This document shows, one piece after another, positions 55,418-64,000 of a stretch of 64,000 nt of DNA. Numbering within the stretch: the first letter of the stretch is position 1; each line of letters starts with the position of its first letter. Source of the DNA: Myxococcota bacterium (GTDB lineage Bacteria > Myxococcota_A > UBA9160 > UBA6930). A program made the translations under genes and the position numbers. The stretch is taken from positions 3,680,001-3,744,000 of the forward strand of contig OZ245015.1 in assembly GCA_965223705.1 (NCBI GenBank). Reading direction: 5' to 3'. A model generated the notes under the pieces. It was not told where the DNA came from, made no database searches, and saw only the letters and a program-made list of their open reading frames with translations.

Positions 55418-56767
55418 ATGAACCCTTCCCCGCCGCGGGAATTTGCAGTCGAATCGCTGCCCCTTCGCGACGATCAGCGCGCCTGGTATCAGCACGCTTG
55501 CGACAGGCTCGACGAGCGCCGGCTGACAGAGTTCTTGGTCGAGCTGACGAGTATCCACAGTCCGACGGGGGCCGAGCGAGCCGCGAGCGAGTACGTCGTG
55601 ACGTCGCTCGCCACGAGCGGCATCGAAACCACACTGCAAGCGATGGGGCCCGAGCGCGCGAACGCGGTCGGTCGCATCCGGGGAACGGGGGGTGGCGCCA
55701 ACCTCCTTCTCTACGAACCCATCGATACCCACATGGAGGGGAAGCCGGAGGAGGATCTTCCCTGGGCCGGACCGACACTGCGGGCGGACATGCTTCCACG
55801 GGGCTTCGTGAAGGACGGACTCGTCGTGGGCCTCGGCGCTTCGAATCCGAAAGCCATGGTCGCAACGATGACCGAAGTCGCGCGGGCCGTTCTCGATGCG
55901 GACATCCCCCTGGTCGGCAACCTGACCCTGGGATTCGCCGGGGGCGGCATGCCTTGGAGTCATTCGAGGCGCGCCGACGCCGGCCTCTCCGATGGTGTCA
56001 CCCACTTGATTCGCCACGGGGTGAGCCCCGATTTCGCCCTCGTCATGAAGCCGTGGAACGCGGTCTACTACGAAGAAGCGGGGCTTTGTTGGTTTCGCGT
56101 CGCGGTCAAGGGAACGTACGGTTACGCGGGTGTTCCCCACGGAACGCCGGGCTGGGACAGCTCCGTCGTTCCCGCTGCGAAGGTCATCCTCGAACTTCAA
56201 GAGTGGCTTCCGCGCTACGTGGCGCGCAACACGTCGGGCCAGATCGAACCGTGGGGTTGGATCTCAAGCGTCCGAGGCGGCTGGCCCGACAAGCCGGCGT
56301 TTCCGAGCGCCCTCACAGAAATCTATCTCGACCTGCGCATCACACCGCGGACGCCTCCCCAAGAAGTCGAACGGCAATTCGGTGAAGCGATCGACGCGAT
56401 TCTCGCGAAAAACCCCGAGATCGAACTCGAATGGGAAATGACCGCGGCAACTCCGAGCGGGAGCACCGACCCGGCGAACTGGATCGTGCAATCCGCGATG
56501 CGTGGCTGGGAAGAAGTGGAAGGCAAACCGCACGGCGCAGCGCCGCTGATGGCGGGCCAGACCGACGGCGCAGCCCTCCGACATTTGGGGATTCCAACGG
56601 CGCGGGTCGGCTGGCCCTGGCCCTACGAAGGCGGCCCGGCGGAACTCGCCGAAGGGCTCGGCGGGATGGGGGTGACCTACGTCCCGGATCTCCTCACGTG
56701 CGCGCGAAAGATCCTTTACGTCGTCGTCGATACGTTGACTCGCACGCGTGCAGAGCTCGGCCTCTAG
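55418..56767 (+). CDS. M20/ArgE-fold protein with degenerate metal ligands
   Basis: SPTGAE, NAVGR, GLGASNPK, DLRI, GQTD fit ArgE/DapE scaffold. Confidence 0.75.
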   Translation: MNPSPPREFAVESLPLRDDQRAWYQHACDRLDERRLTEFLVELTSIHSPTGAERAASEYVVTSLATSGIETTLQAMGPERANAVGRIRGTGGGANLLLYEPIDTHMEGKPEEDLPWAGPTLRADMLPRGFVKDGLVVGLGASNPKAMVATMTEVARAVLDADIPLVGNLTLGFAGGGMPWSHSRRADAGLSDGVTHLIRHGVSPDFALVMKPWNAVYYEEAGLCWFRVAVKGTYGYAGVPHGTPGWDSSVVPAAKVILELQEWLPRYVARNTSGQIEPWGWISSVRGGWPDKPAFPSALTEIYLDLRITPRTPPQEVERQFGEAIDAILAKNPEIELEWEMTAATPSGSTDPANWIVQSAMRGWEEVEGKPHGAAPLMAGQTDGAALRHLGIPTARVGWPWPYEGGPAELAEGLGGMGVTYVPDLLTCARKILYVVVDTLTRTRAELGL

Positions 56768-57645
56768 ACGGGGTTATGTCCCCAGAGCTTTGGCGCGGTG
56801 TAGTGCCGCACTTGCCACGTCGCCTCGTCGATTTCGAGGCCCCCGTAGCCGTACTCGAAGGCGAACCCCGACGGCGTCTGCAAATAGAACGACGTCATCA
56901 GGTCGTTGCTGTGACGACCGAGGCTCAATACGAGGGGCACCCCGCTCTCGTTGCAGAGATCGTACGCCCGTCCCACATCGTCCATCGAATTGAGCTCCAC
57001 CATGAGGTGATGGAGCACTCCCGGCGGCGCGCCGAGCCCGGGACCGACAATCGCGAACGAGTGCTCGCGGGGATTGCAGTGCAAGAAGACGATGCGACCG
57101 CCGCCGAACTCCATGTACTCGCTCACCCGGAACCCCAAATGCTCGGTGTAGAACGCGGCGAGCGCGTCCGGGTCCTCCGCCGTGACGACGGCGTGTCCCA
57201 TTCCCAGGCTGCCGGTTTTGAAGCCCGAAATCGGGCGGCCCGCGCTGAAAGGGGAACCATCGATCGTCGGGCCATGGTAGATCTCGCCGGGGAATCCCTC
57301 GGGATCCCGAAACTTCGCAAGATCGATCACCCGGCGCTGCTCTTTTTCTTCCGCGGTCCCGGGAGTGATCTCGACGCCTGCCTCGGCGAGGCGGCTCACC
57401 TGGGTGTCGAAACTTCGCGCGTCGGGAACTTCCCAGCCGATGAAATCCGGCCCGTCGGTCGCCCCCGCCGTGAGTACGAGCCGGTGTGTGCGGTCGTCCA
57501 TGCGGAGGTACAACTCGTCGTCGGTTCGGCCCGGTCGCGCCTCCATACCGAATACCGAAGTCGCGAGGCGCTCCCATGCCCCGAGATCGGAAACCGTCAG
57601 CCCGACATAACCCAGTTGCGTGACACCGGAATCGATTGCCTTCAT
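56764..57645 (-). CDS. Type I extradiol dioxygenase (BphC-like)
   Basis: QLGYVG, GMGH, FLHCNPREHS, LHHLM, LGRHSND..SFY..PSGF.FEYG. Confidence 0.95.
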   Translation of the reverse strand: MKAIDSGVTQLGYVGLTVSDLGAWERLATSVFGMEARPGRTDDELYLRMDDRTHRLVLTAGATDGPDFIGWEVPDARSFDTQVSRLAEAGVEITPGTAEEKEQRRVIDLAKFRDPEGFPGEIYHGPTIDGSPFSAGRPISGFKTGSLGMGHAVVTAEDPDALAAFYTEHLGFRVSEYMEFGGGRIVFLHCNPREHSFAIVGPGLGAPPGVLHHLMVELNSMDDVGRAYDLCNESGVPLVLSLGRHSNDLMTSFYLQTPSGFAFEYGYGGLEIDEATWQVRHYTAPKLWGHNPV

Positions 57646-57683
57646 GCTGCCAGCATATCACCGTCCCCGAGGCGAGGAGAGTG

Positions 57684-58967
57684 ATGACCGATGAGGCCTT
57701 GATTCGAGTCGGAGCAGTGGCATGCGCGCGAGCCATCGCGTCGGGCGCCGCCACGTCGGAAGCCCTGGTGGAAGCGTGCCTCGAGCGAATCGAAGCGCGC
57801 GATCCGAAGGTCCGGGCCTGGGTGCACCTCGACCCCGAGAGAGCGCGCGCCGAGGCGCGCCGCCGCGATCGCGAGCGTCCTCGGGGTACGCTTCACGGCG
57901 TCCCCATCGGCGTGAAGGACATCATCGATACGCACGACTTCCCGACCGAGCGGGGTTCTGCGCTGTTTCAAGGACGGCGGCCGCGGGTCGACGCCGCCTG
58001 CGTCGCGCGTCTGCGCGACGCGGGTGCGATCGTTCTCGGGAAAACCGTGACGACGGAATTCGCGTTCTTCGCTCCCGGTCCGACGACCCATCCGTTAAAT
58101 CCCGAGCACACGCCAGGCGGTTCGTCGAGTGGATCAGCAGCCGCCGTCGCCGACTTCCAGGTACCGGCCGCGTTGGGCACTCAGACAGCCGGTTCCATCA
58201 TTCGGCCCGCGAGTTTCTGCGGGGTCATCGGATTCAAACCGAGCTACGGACGGTTCCCGATCCAAGGCGTACTTCCTCTCGCGCCGTCGCTCGACACCGT
58301 GGGCTTCTTCTGCCGGGAACTCGAGGACGTTCCGCTGGTCGCGTCCGTGCTCGCACCCTGGGGCCCGGGCCCGAGCCGCGCGGTGTCGCCCCGCGTCGCG
58401 TGGCTGGCGACCTCCCACTGGTCCGAGGGTGAACCCGCCATGCGCCGCGCACTCGAAGCGTTCGTCGAGTCGCTACGGGGTCGTGGGGTTTACGTCCTTC
58501 CGTTCGAGGCGCGGGCGCTCGAGGGCCTTGCGGAGCTCCAGAACCACCGTCTGGCCTCGGAAGCACTCGAAGTACTGGGGCCCGTTGTCGCGATGGATCC
58601 GACGAAGGTGCGCCCACAGACCCGGGAACTTCTCGAAACGGGGGCCCGCGTGCCCAAAAACTTCTCGTCGCAGCTCAACCGTGCCCTCGCGCGAGCGCGC
58701 GCCTTTCTAGAAAGCGAGGTCTTCTCGCAAGCGGACGTCATCCTTACCCCGGCCGCACCGGGAGAAGCGCCGCGTGGCATCACAGCCACGGGGGATCCGC
58801 TCTTCAATCGGATTTGGACGTTGCTCGGACTTCCATGTCTGACGCTGCCCGCCGGCGTGGGGCCGAACGGCCTTCCCATCGGCGCTCAGCTGGTCGGACG
58901 TTTCGGCGGGGACGAAGCGCTCGCCATTCACGCGATCAAGCTCTCGGGGCTGCGAGGGGGCACCTAA
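57684..58967 (+). CDS. Amidase signature family enzyme
   Basis: GVPIGVKD, GGSSSGS, QTAGSIIRPAS. Confidence 0.93.
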   Translation: MTDEALIRVGAVACARAIASGAATSEALVEACLERIEARDPKVRAWVHLDPERARAEARRRDRERPRGTLHGVPIGVKDIIDTHDFPTERGSALFQGRRPRVDAACVARLRDAGAIVLGKTVTTEFAFFAPGPTTHPLNPEHTPGGSSSGSAAAVADFQVPAALGTQTAGSIIRPASFCGVIGFKPSYGRFPIQGVLPLAPSLDTVGFFCRELEDVPLVASVLAPWGPGPSRAVSPRVAWLATSHWSEGEPAMRRALEAFVESLRGRGVYVLPFEARALEGLAELQNHRLASEALEVLGPVVAMDPTKVRPQTRELLETGARVPKNFSSQLNRALARARAFLESEVFSQADVILTPAAPGEAPRGITATGDPLFNRIWTLLGLPCLTLPAGVGPNGLPIGAQLVGRFGGDEALAIHAIKLSGLRGGT

Positions 58968-59030
58968 CACCGCGGCGTGGATGATAGGATGAGGCCGCCG
59001 AGTCGAACCCAACGCGAACGGGAGCGTTTC

Positions 59031-61112
59031 ATGCACTATCGCATCGCCGTGGATACCGGCGGGACCTTCACCGATGTCGTGGTCGCGGACGCCGACGGGC
59101 GTCTGACCATCGGCAAATCCCTGACGACCCCCGATCGGACGTTCGAGGGTTTTCGCTCGGCGCTCGAGAACGCCGGCAACGCGCTCGACGAAACGGCGAC
59201 GACGCTCCTCCGCGACACTTCGGTTCTCGTCTATGGCACGACCCGCTCCACGAACTCTCTCGTCGAAGGGAAAGCGGCGAAGACAGCGCTGCTCACCACC
59301 GAAGGGTTCCCCGACACGCTCCTCTATCGTCAGGGGGGAAAGCGGGATCCTTTGCGGTTGGCGATGGAGTTCCCCCCTCCTTACGTGCCTCGGCGCCTGA
59401 CGTTTGAGATCCCCGAGCGCGTGAACGCGGAAGGCGGCGTCGAACGCGCTCTCGACGAGAGCCGAGCCAGGGAAATCATTTCGAGCCTCGAACCGAAGGG
59501 CATCGAGGCCGTCGCGGTCAGCTTGCTGTGGTCCATCGTCAACCCGGCACACGAGCGACGTCTCGGCGAATTGATCGAAGAGCTCCTACCCGACGTTCCG
59601 TACACGCTTTCCCACGAGCTCAATCCCATTATTCGCGAATACCCGCGGACTTCGTCCGCTGCGATCGACGCGTCGCTCAAACCGCTGATGCAGCGCCACC
59701 TCGAGGAATTCGAATCGGATCTTCGAGGTGCGGGTTACTCCGGCGAAATCTTGGTCAGCACCTGCTCCGGCGGTGTCATGCACGTCGACGCCGTCGTCGA
59801 AAAGCCGATCTACACCGTGAAATCGGGGCCGGCGATGGGTCCGCTCGCCGGGATCGCGTACGCGACAGCGGAAGGGCAAGGGGACGACGTCATCATCGTC
59901 GACACCGGTGGGACGACCTTCGACGTCAGCATGGTCCGCGCCGGCCAGGTGAAGTACACGCGTGAAACCTGGCTCGTGGGGGAATGGATCGGGCACAACT
60001 TGGGGCTCTCCTCCGTCGACGTGCGAAGCGTGGGAGCCGGCGGAGGCTCGATCGCCTGGATCGATCCCGGCGGACTCCTGCGCGTCGGGCCGAAGAGCGC
60101 GGGGGCCGACCCGGGCCCGGCGTGTTACGGGCGCGGGGGACTCGAACCGACGGTGACGGACGCCGCGGTGGTCCTCGGCTACATCGATCCAGAACATTTT
60201 CTCGGCGGACGCATGGCGCTCGACGCGACGGCGGCCACCGCGGTGCTCAAGCCACTCGCCTCCGCGCTCGAACTGCCCCTCGATGAAACGGCGTATGCAG
60301 TGATCGCTCTGGCCGGTGAGCAGATGATCAAAGCCATTCAAGAGATCACCGTGCAGGACGGTGTGAACCCCGCCGAAAGTGTCATTGTGGCCGGTGGCGG
60401 CGCCGCGGGGCTCAACATCTTGCCGATCGCCGAGGCGCTCGGATGCCGAAAGGTGTTGCTGCCGCGCACGGCCGGCGCGCTCAGCGCCTGTGGCGGCCAG
60501 TATTCAGACATCGTCTCGGAATTCAGCGGAAGCCAATACGCGCACTCCGACCATTTCGACTTCGACGGCGTGGACCGGGTGCTTTCCGACATCAAGACGC
60601 GGATGGAGGCATTCGCCGACGATCTGCGGAAGAGAGGCATCGATCGCTTCCGCCGCGAGTGGTTCGTCGAGGCGCGCTACCTCAACCAGCAGTGGGAAAT
60701 GGAAATCCCCATGTCGTTCGACTCGTTCTCCGACGAAGAAGACGTGCGTCGTCTCGTCGACACGTTCCACGACGTGCATTTCCGTCGGTACGCCGTGCAG
60801 GAGGAAGACGGCGCCATCGAGTGCGTCAACTGGAAGGGGCGGATCACAGCCGTCCTCGATCGCCCCACCCTACCTTCCCTGGCTCGGCGCGACGGCGTTC
60901 CCACCCCGGACCGAACCGCAAAGGCGTTTTTCGGGGAGGCGGATCGCGTGGAGGCCCCGGTGTTCTTGGGCAAAACCCTCTGGCCGGGCGCCCATCTCGT
61001 GGGCCCCGCCATCATCGAGGAGCCCACGACCACGATCGTGCTCTACCCCGGAACGGAGGCGGACGTCACGGAAGGCCACAACTACTTGCTCGACACGGGG
61101 GCGTCCTCATGA
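59031..61112 (+). CDS. Hydantoinase/oxoprolinase subunit A
   Basis: DTGGTFTD, SGPA, DTGGTTFD, GAGGGS, SAGADPGP. Confidence 0.95.
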   Translation: MHYRIAVDTGGTFTDVVVADADGRLTIGKSLTTPDRTFEGFRSALENAGNALDETATTLLRDTSVLVYGTTRSTNSLVEGKAAKTALLTTEGFPDTLLYRQGGKRDPLRLAMEFPPPYVPRRLTFEIPERVNAEGGVERALDESRAREIISSLEPKGIEAVAVSLLWSIVNPAHERRLGELIEELLPDVPYTLSHELNPIIREYPRTSSAAIDASLKPLMQRHLEEFESDLRGAGYSGEILVSTCSGGVMHVDAVVEKPIYTVKSGPAMGPLAGIAYATAEGQGDDVIIVDTGGTTFDVSMVRAGQVKYTRETWLVGEWIGHNLGLSSVDVRSVGAGGGSIAWIDPGGLLRVGPKSAGADPGPACYGRGGLEPTVTDAAVVLGYIDPEHFLGGRMALDATAATAVLKPLASALELPLDETAYAVIALAGEQMIKAIQEITVQDGVNPAESVIVAGGGAAGLNILPIAEALGCRKVLLPRTAGALSACGGQYSDIVSEFSGSQYAHSDHFDFDGVDRVLSDIKTRMEAFADDLRKRGIDRFRREWFVEARYLNQQWEMEIPMSFDSFSDEEDVRRLVDTFHDVHFRRYAVQEEDGAIECVNWKGRITAVLDRPTLPSLARRDGVPTPDRTAKAFFGEADRVEAPVFLGKTLWPGAHLVGPAIIEEPTTTIVLYPGTEADVTEGHNYLLDTGASS

Positions 61113-62896
61113 GCAGCGACAACTCGGAACGCTTCAGCCCGGTGCTCCTCGCGATCATGGCGAACCGCATGGACGCCATCTGCCGCGAAATGACGAACAC
61201 GATGCTCCTCGCCGCGCGATCGTCGGTCATCGGGATGGCGCGCGATTTTTCGTGCGCGGTGATCACATCGGATGACGAAGTGTTGGCCGTAGCGGAAGGC
61301 TTTCCCATTCACGTCTGGGGGATGAATCTGCAGACGAAATCCATGCGCGAGCTGCATCCCGATCTCGCGGAAGGCGATGCGTACCTCCACAACGACCCGT
61401 ACCTCGGCAACACGCACCCGGCGGATCACACGTTGATCGTGCCCGTGTTCTACGAGGGCGAGCACTTCTTCAATGCCGCAGTGAAGGCCCACCAAGCCGA
61501 TATCGGAAACAGCCTACCCACGACGTACATGGCGCAAGCCGGGGACGTGTACGAAGAAGGCGCGCTCATTTTCCCCGCCGTCAAAGTCCAGAGCGACTAC
61601 CGGGATATCGACGACATCATCCGGATGTGCGAACGGCGTATCCGCGTGCCCGAACAGTGGCGCGGCGACTACATGGCGGCGGTCGGCGCCGCCCGCATCG
61701 GCGAGCGAAGCCTCAAAAGCTTCGTCGAGAAATACGGTCGCGACACGGTCCGCACCTTCGTCCGCGAGTGGTTCGACTACTCCGAGCGGCGCTGCATCGA
61801 AGCGATCAAACGGCTTCCCAAAGGACAGATGGAAGAGCACCAAGCCCACGACCCCATCGAGCCCTGGGTTCCAGAGGGGATTCCGGTCAACGTCAAGATC
61901 GACATCGACCCCGAGGAAGCCGTGGTCACCGTGGACCTGCGAGACAACATCGATTGTATCGACGCCGGATTGAACCTCACCGAGAGCACGGCGACGATGG
62001 CGGCGGCGCAGGGGGTGTTGACGTGTCTCGGAGAAGATCTGCCGCCGAACTCCGGGACGCTGCGCAGAATTCGCGTGCTGCTCCGCGAGAACTGCATCGT
62101 CGGCATCCCGAAGTTCCCCCACAGCTGTTCCGTCGCCACCACGAATTTGACCGACGTCATCGTCAACGTGACGCAGTCTGCGTTTGCCGACCTCGAAGAA
62201 GGTCTCGGATTCGCGCACGGGAACTACTGCAACTCCGCCGCGGCGGGTGTCGCTTCGGGAACGGACTGGCGCAGGGGCGGCGAAGTCTACATCAATCAGA
62301 TGTTCATGATGGGCGGCGGTGGTCCGGCATCCGCCGAGCACGACGGGATGCATTACTTGTTCATTCCCGTGGCTGCCGGCCTGCTGTACCGCGATAGCGT
62401 TGAAATCAACGAGCAGCGCTTCCCCGTCCTGGTTCAACGCATGAAGATCACCACCGACTCGATGGGGCACGGTCGCCGACGGGGGGGGCCGGCGTCCGAA
62501 GTGGTGATGGGGCCGCGCAAAGACAGCATGAAGATCCTCCACGTCTGCAACGGCTTGGTGAGTTCTCCCAAGGGGGTTCGCGGCGGAACTGCGTCGAAGC
62601 TCGGCGGGAACGTCCGGATCGCGAAGGACGGATCGCGTCACAAGTATCCCGCGGTCATGGTCTGTGATCTCGACGAGGGCGACCTGCTCGAAGCGCGAGA
62701 TCAAGGTGGCGGCGGGTACGGCGTACCCACGGAGCGCGAGCCGGAACGCGTGCTCAACGACGTGGCCGAGCGCTACATCAGCGAAGAAATCGCGCGCTCG
62801 GTGTACGGGGTTGTCATCGCAGGCAAGACCGAGGACGACAGCCTGCGGGTCGACCTCGAGGCGACGGACGCGCTGCGGAGCGAGCTCCGCACTTAA
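61109..62896 (+). CDS. Hydantoinase/oxoprolinase subunit B
   Basis: ATGA overlap with subunit A; NDPYLGNTHPAD, HQADIG, GGGGYG. Confidence 0.95.
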   Translation: MSSDNSERFSPVLLAIMANRMDAICREMTNTMLLAARSSVIGMARDFSCAVITSDDEVLAVAEGFPIHVWGMNLQTKSMRELHPDLAEGDAYLHNDPYLGNTHPADHTLIVPVFYEGEHFFNAAVKAHQADIGNSLPTTYMAQAGDVYEEGALIFPAVKVQSDYRDIDDIIRMCERRIRVPEQWRGDYMAAVGAARIGERSLKSFVEKYGRDTVRTFVREWFDYSERRCIEAIKRLPKGQMEEHQAHDPIEPWVPEGIPVNVKIDIDPEEAVVTVDLRDNIDCIDAGLNLTESTATMAAAQGVLTCLGEDLPPNSGTLRRIRVLLRENCIVGIPKFPHSCSVATTNLTDVIVNVTQSAFADLEEGLGFAHGNYCNSAAAGVASGTDWRRGGEVYINQMFMMGGGGPASAEHDGMHYLFIPVAAGLLYRDSVEINEQRFPVLVQRMKITTDSMGHGRRRGGPASEVVMGPRKDSMKILHVCNGLVSSPKGVRGGTASKLGGNVRIAKDGSRHKYPAVMVCDLDEGDLLEARDQGGGGYGVPTEREPERVLNDVAERYISEEIARSVYGVVIAGKTEDDSLRVDLEATDALRSELRT

Positions 62897-64000
62897 CGAG
62901 CGTTCGCTTCCTCCTCCCGGCCTCCAAAGAGCATCGTGACGTTGGTCCGGCGGTTCTCGTATCCCGCACGGAAACGCAGCTCTCCGCTCTCGTGAACGAG
63001 ACTCGAATCGAAGAGTACGCATCGATTGCATCGGTAGGGAATTTCGATCGGGCGGACGCCGGCGCGGGCGACCAGGGAATCGAGCTCGTCTTCCGCACGG
63101 TTGTATCGATCGAAATTCCAGTCCGGTGGCGCGGATACCGGGTACACCCGCAGCCCGCTGCGCTCGGCGTCGCGACACGCGGAGTCGGGCGTGATCCAGA
63201 AGTTCACGTTCACGGCGGCTTGGTCCGCGTGCTTTCGGGTTCCGAAACCTTCCGTCGCGTATTTGAAGGCCCACATCTGCGACAGCGCGTTGCCGCGAAG
63301 AATGTTTGGCAGGCGGAGGCGCAGCTCTCGCTCGAGTTGAAACAGAACAGGATGGTCGAAGCCTTCGTTCCAATACGCGCCCAGATAGCCGCCGGCGACC
63401 TTGCAATCGAACCAGACCGTTGCCTCGAGACAAAAGCGTCGAACGGCTTGCAGCGCGTCGTGAGACAAGAAGTCATCGATCACGACGATGGGCGATGAAT
63501 CGGTCCTGTAGCGGGCTTCGATCTCCGCATCGTCGAAACCCTCGCCGAGCACTTGGGCCGGCGTGGGCTCATCGGCAGGCAAATAGACCAATCGGTTGAA
63601 GCTTCGACCGATACGCGCTTTTTCTTGGGGCGTGAGCGCGCGGGGTTCCGACGGTCGATCGTGTCTGCCGAACTCTGCGAGCACAGCCTCATAGCCATCC
63701 ATCTGTGCCGAGAAGTCGGCAGGGAGAAGCGACCGATCCTGCAAGTAGCGGAACTGCTCGAGGTCGTGCTCGAGTTTCGCCCGGGAGGCGGCCTCGAACG
63801 TCGTATTTTGGCTCGCGTCGAAGGTCCCGAGTTCTGAGGGCGCGAACCACTCGGAAGCGCGCAATCGCCGAAGAGCCGTCCTGAAGGCCGCCACGGCTTC
63901 GACGATCTGACCGTTCTGTTTTAGCGCCGTGCCGAGGTTCGCGTAGGCCGGCGCGAAACGGGGATCGATCGCGATCGCGGCGCGGAAGCACGGGATGGCG
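62893..64000 (-). CDS. TPR protein with C-terminal 2OG-Fe(II) oxygenase-like domain (5' end outside window)
   Basis: AIDPRFAPAYANLGTAL TPR at window end; WAFKY, HAD, NVNFW, LVHES, RRTNVT. Confidence 0.8.
   Translation of the reverse strand, partial: AIPCFRAAIAIDPRFAPAYANLGTALKQNGQIVEAVAAFRTALRRLRASEWFAPSELGTFDASQNTTFEAASRAKLEHDLEQFRYLQDRSLLPADFSAQMDGYEAVLAEFGRHDRPSEPRALTPQEKARIGRSFNRLVYLPADEPTPAQVLGEGFDDAEIEARYRTDSSPIVVIDDFLSHDALQAVRRFCLEATVWFDCKVAGGYLGAYWNEGFDHPVLFQLERELRLRLPNILRGNALSQMWAFKYATEGFGTRKHADQAAVNVNFWITPDSACRDAERSGLRVYPVSAPPDWNFDRYNRAEDELDSLVARAGVRPIEIPYRCNRCVLFDSSLVHESGELRFRAGYENRRTNVTMLFGGREEEANAR

Noticed and set aside
60443..61108. Long N-terminal extensions in the ORF track (also at 44900, 50747, 37953, 45215)
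   Set aside because: They overlap neighbouring genes; downstream starts with RBS or stop/start coupling fit family lengths
61514..63433. 639-aa minus-strand ORF
   Set aside because: Shadow/alternate frame of hydantoinase B and the TPR gene

Overview
GC-rich bacterial window; the gene repertoire suggests a Myxococcota/Binatota-like organism (inference). The centre is a minus-strand tmRNA gene (ssrA, 29970-30336, tag ADDNYALAA). Its 3' end plus ~65 bp of downstream sequence, carrying paired TGTGAGTCC repeats, recurs at 15620 and 7220. These copies delimit tandem islands with no visible integrase. Segment <1-7.2 kb: general-stress/envelope genes (BON, DUF1328, PLD, DUF4112, LpxR, an LPxTA-tailed protein, YqaE/Pmp3, a trypsin-like protease), several with sigma54-type promoters. 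Island 7.3-15.6 kb is the best candidate for an undescribed system: a DUF6502-DUF5666-like operon converges on an operon of secreted proteins, an outer-membrane barrel and an SGNH-TPR protein. Both promoters are overlapped by the same TGGGAA-N3-TTCCCA palindrome, and both operons encode a secreted protein ending in a long (E/D)-R-X repeat tail. A Cys/His-rich barrel + thioredoxin operon is adjacent. Island 15.8-29.9 kb carries catabolic cargo (ACAD, two phosphotransferases, GST, LLM, BVMO, MarR, racemase + DUF1611) bracketed by gene scraps (Avs4-like, Rieske, nitroreductase, ECF sigma) and an orphan XRE gene. Right of ssrA: a hydrolase/LLM operon, a porin-periplasmic protein-kinase-HDOD/EAL signalling locus, a CHRD PEP-CTERM protein and a heme peroxidase, then a probable N-heterocycle degradation cluster (two CarAa/OxoO-like Rieske oxygenases, extradiol dioxygenase, hydrolases, hydantoinase A/B). 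All family assignments are from motif recognition by eye; no database searches were run.
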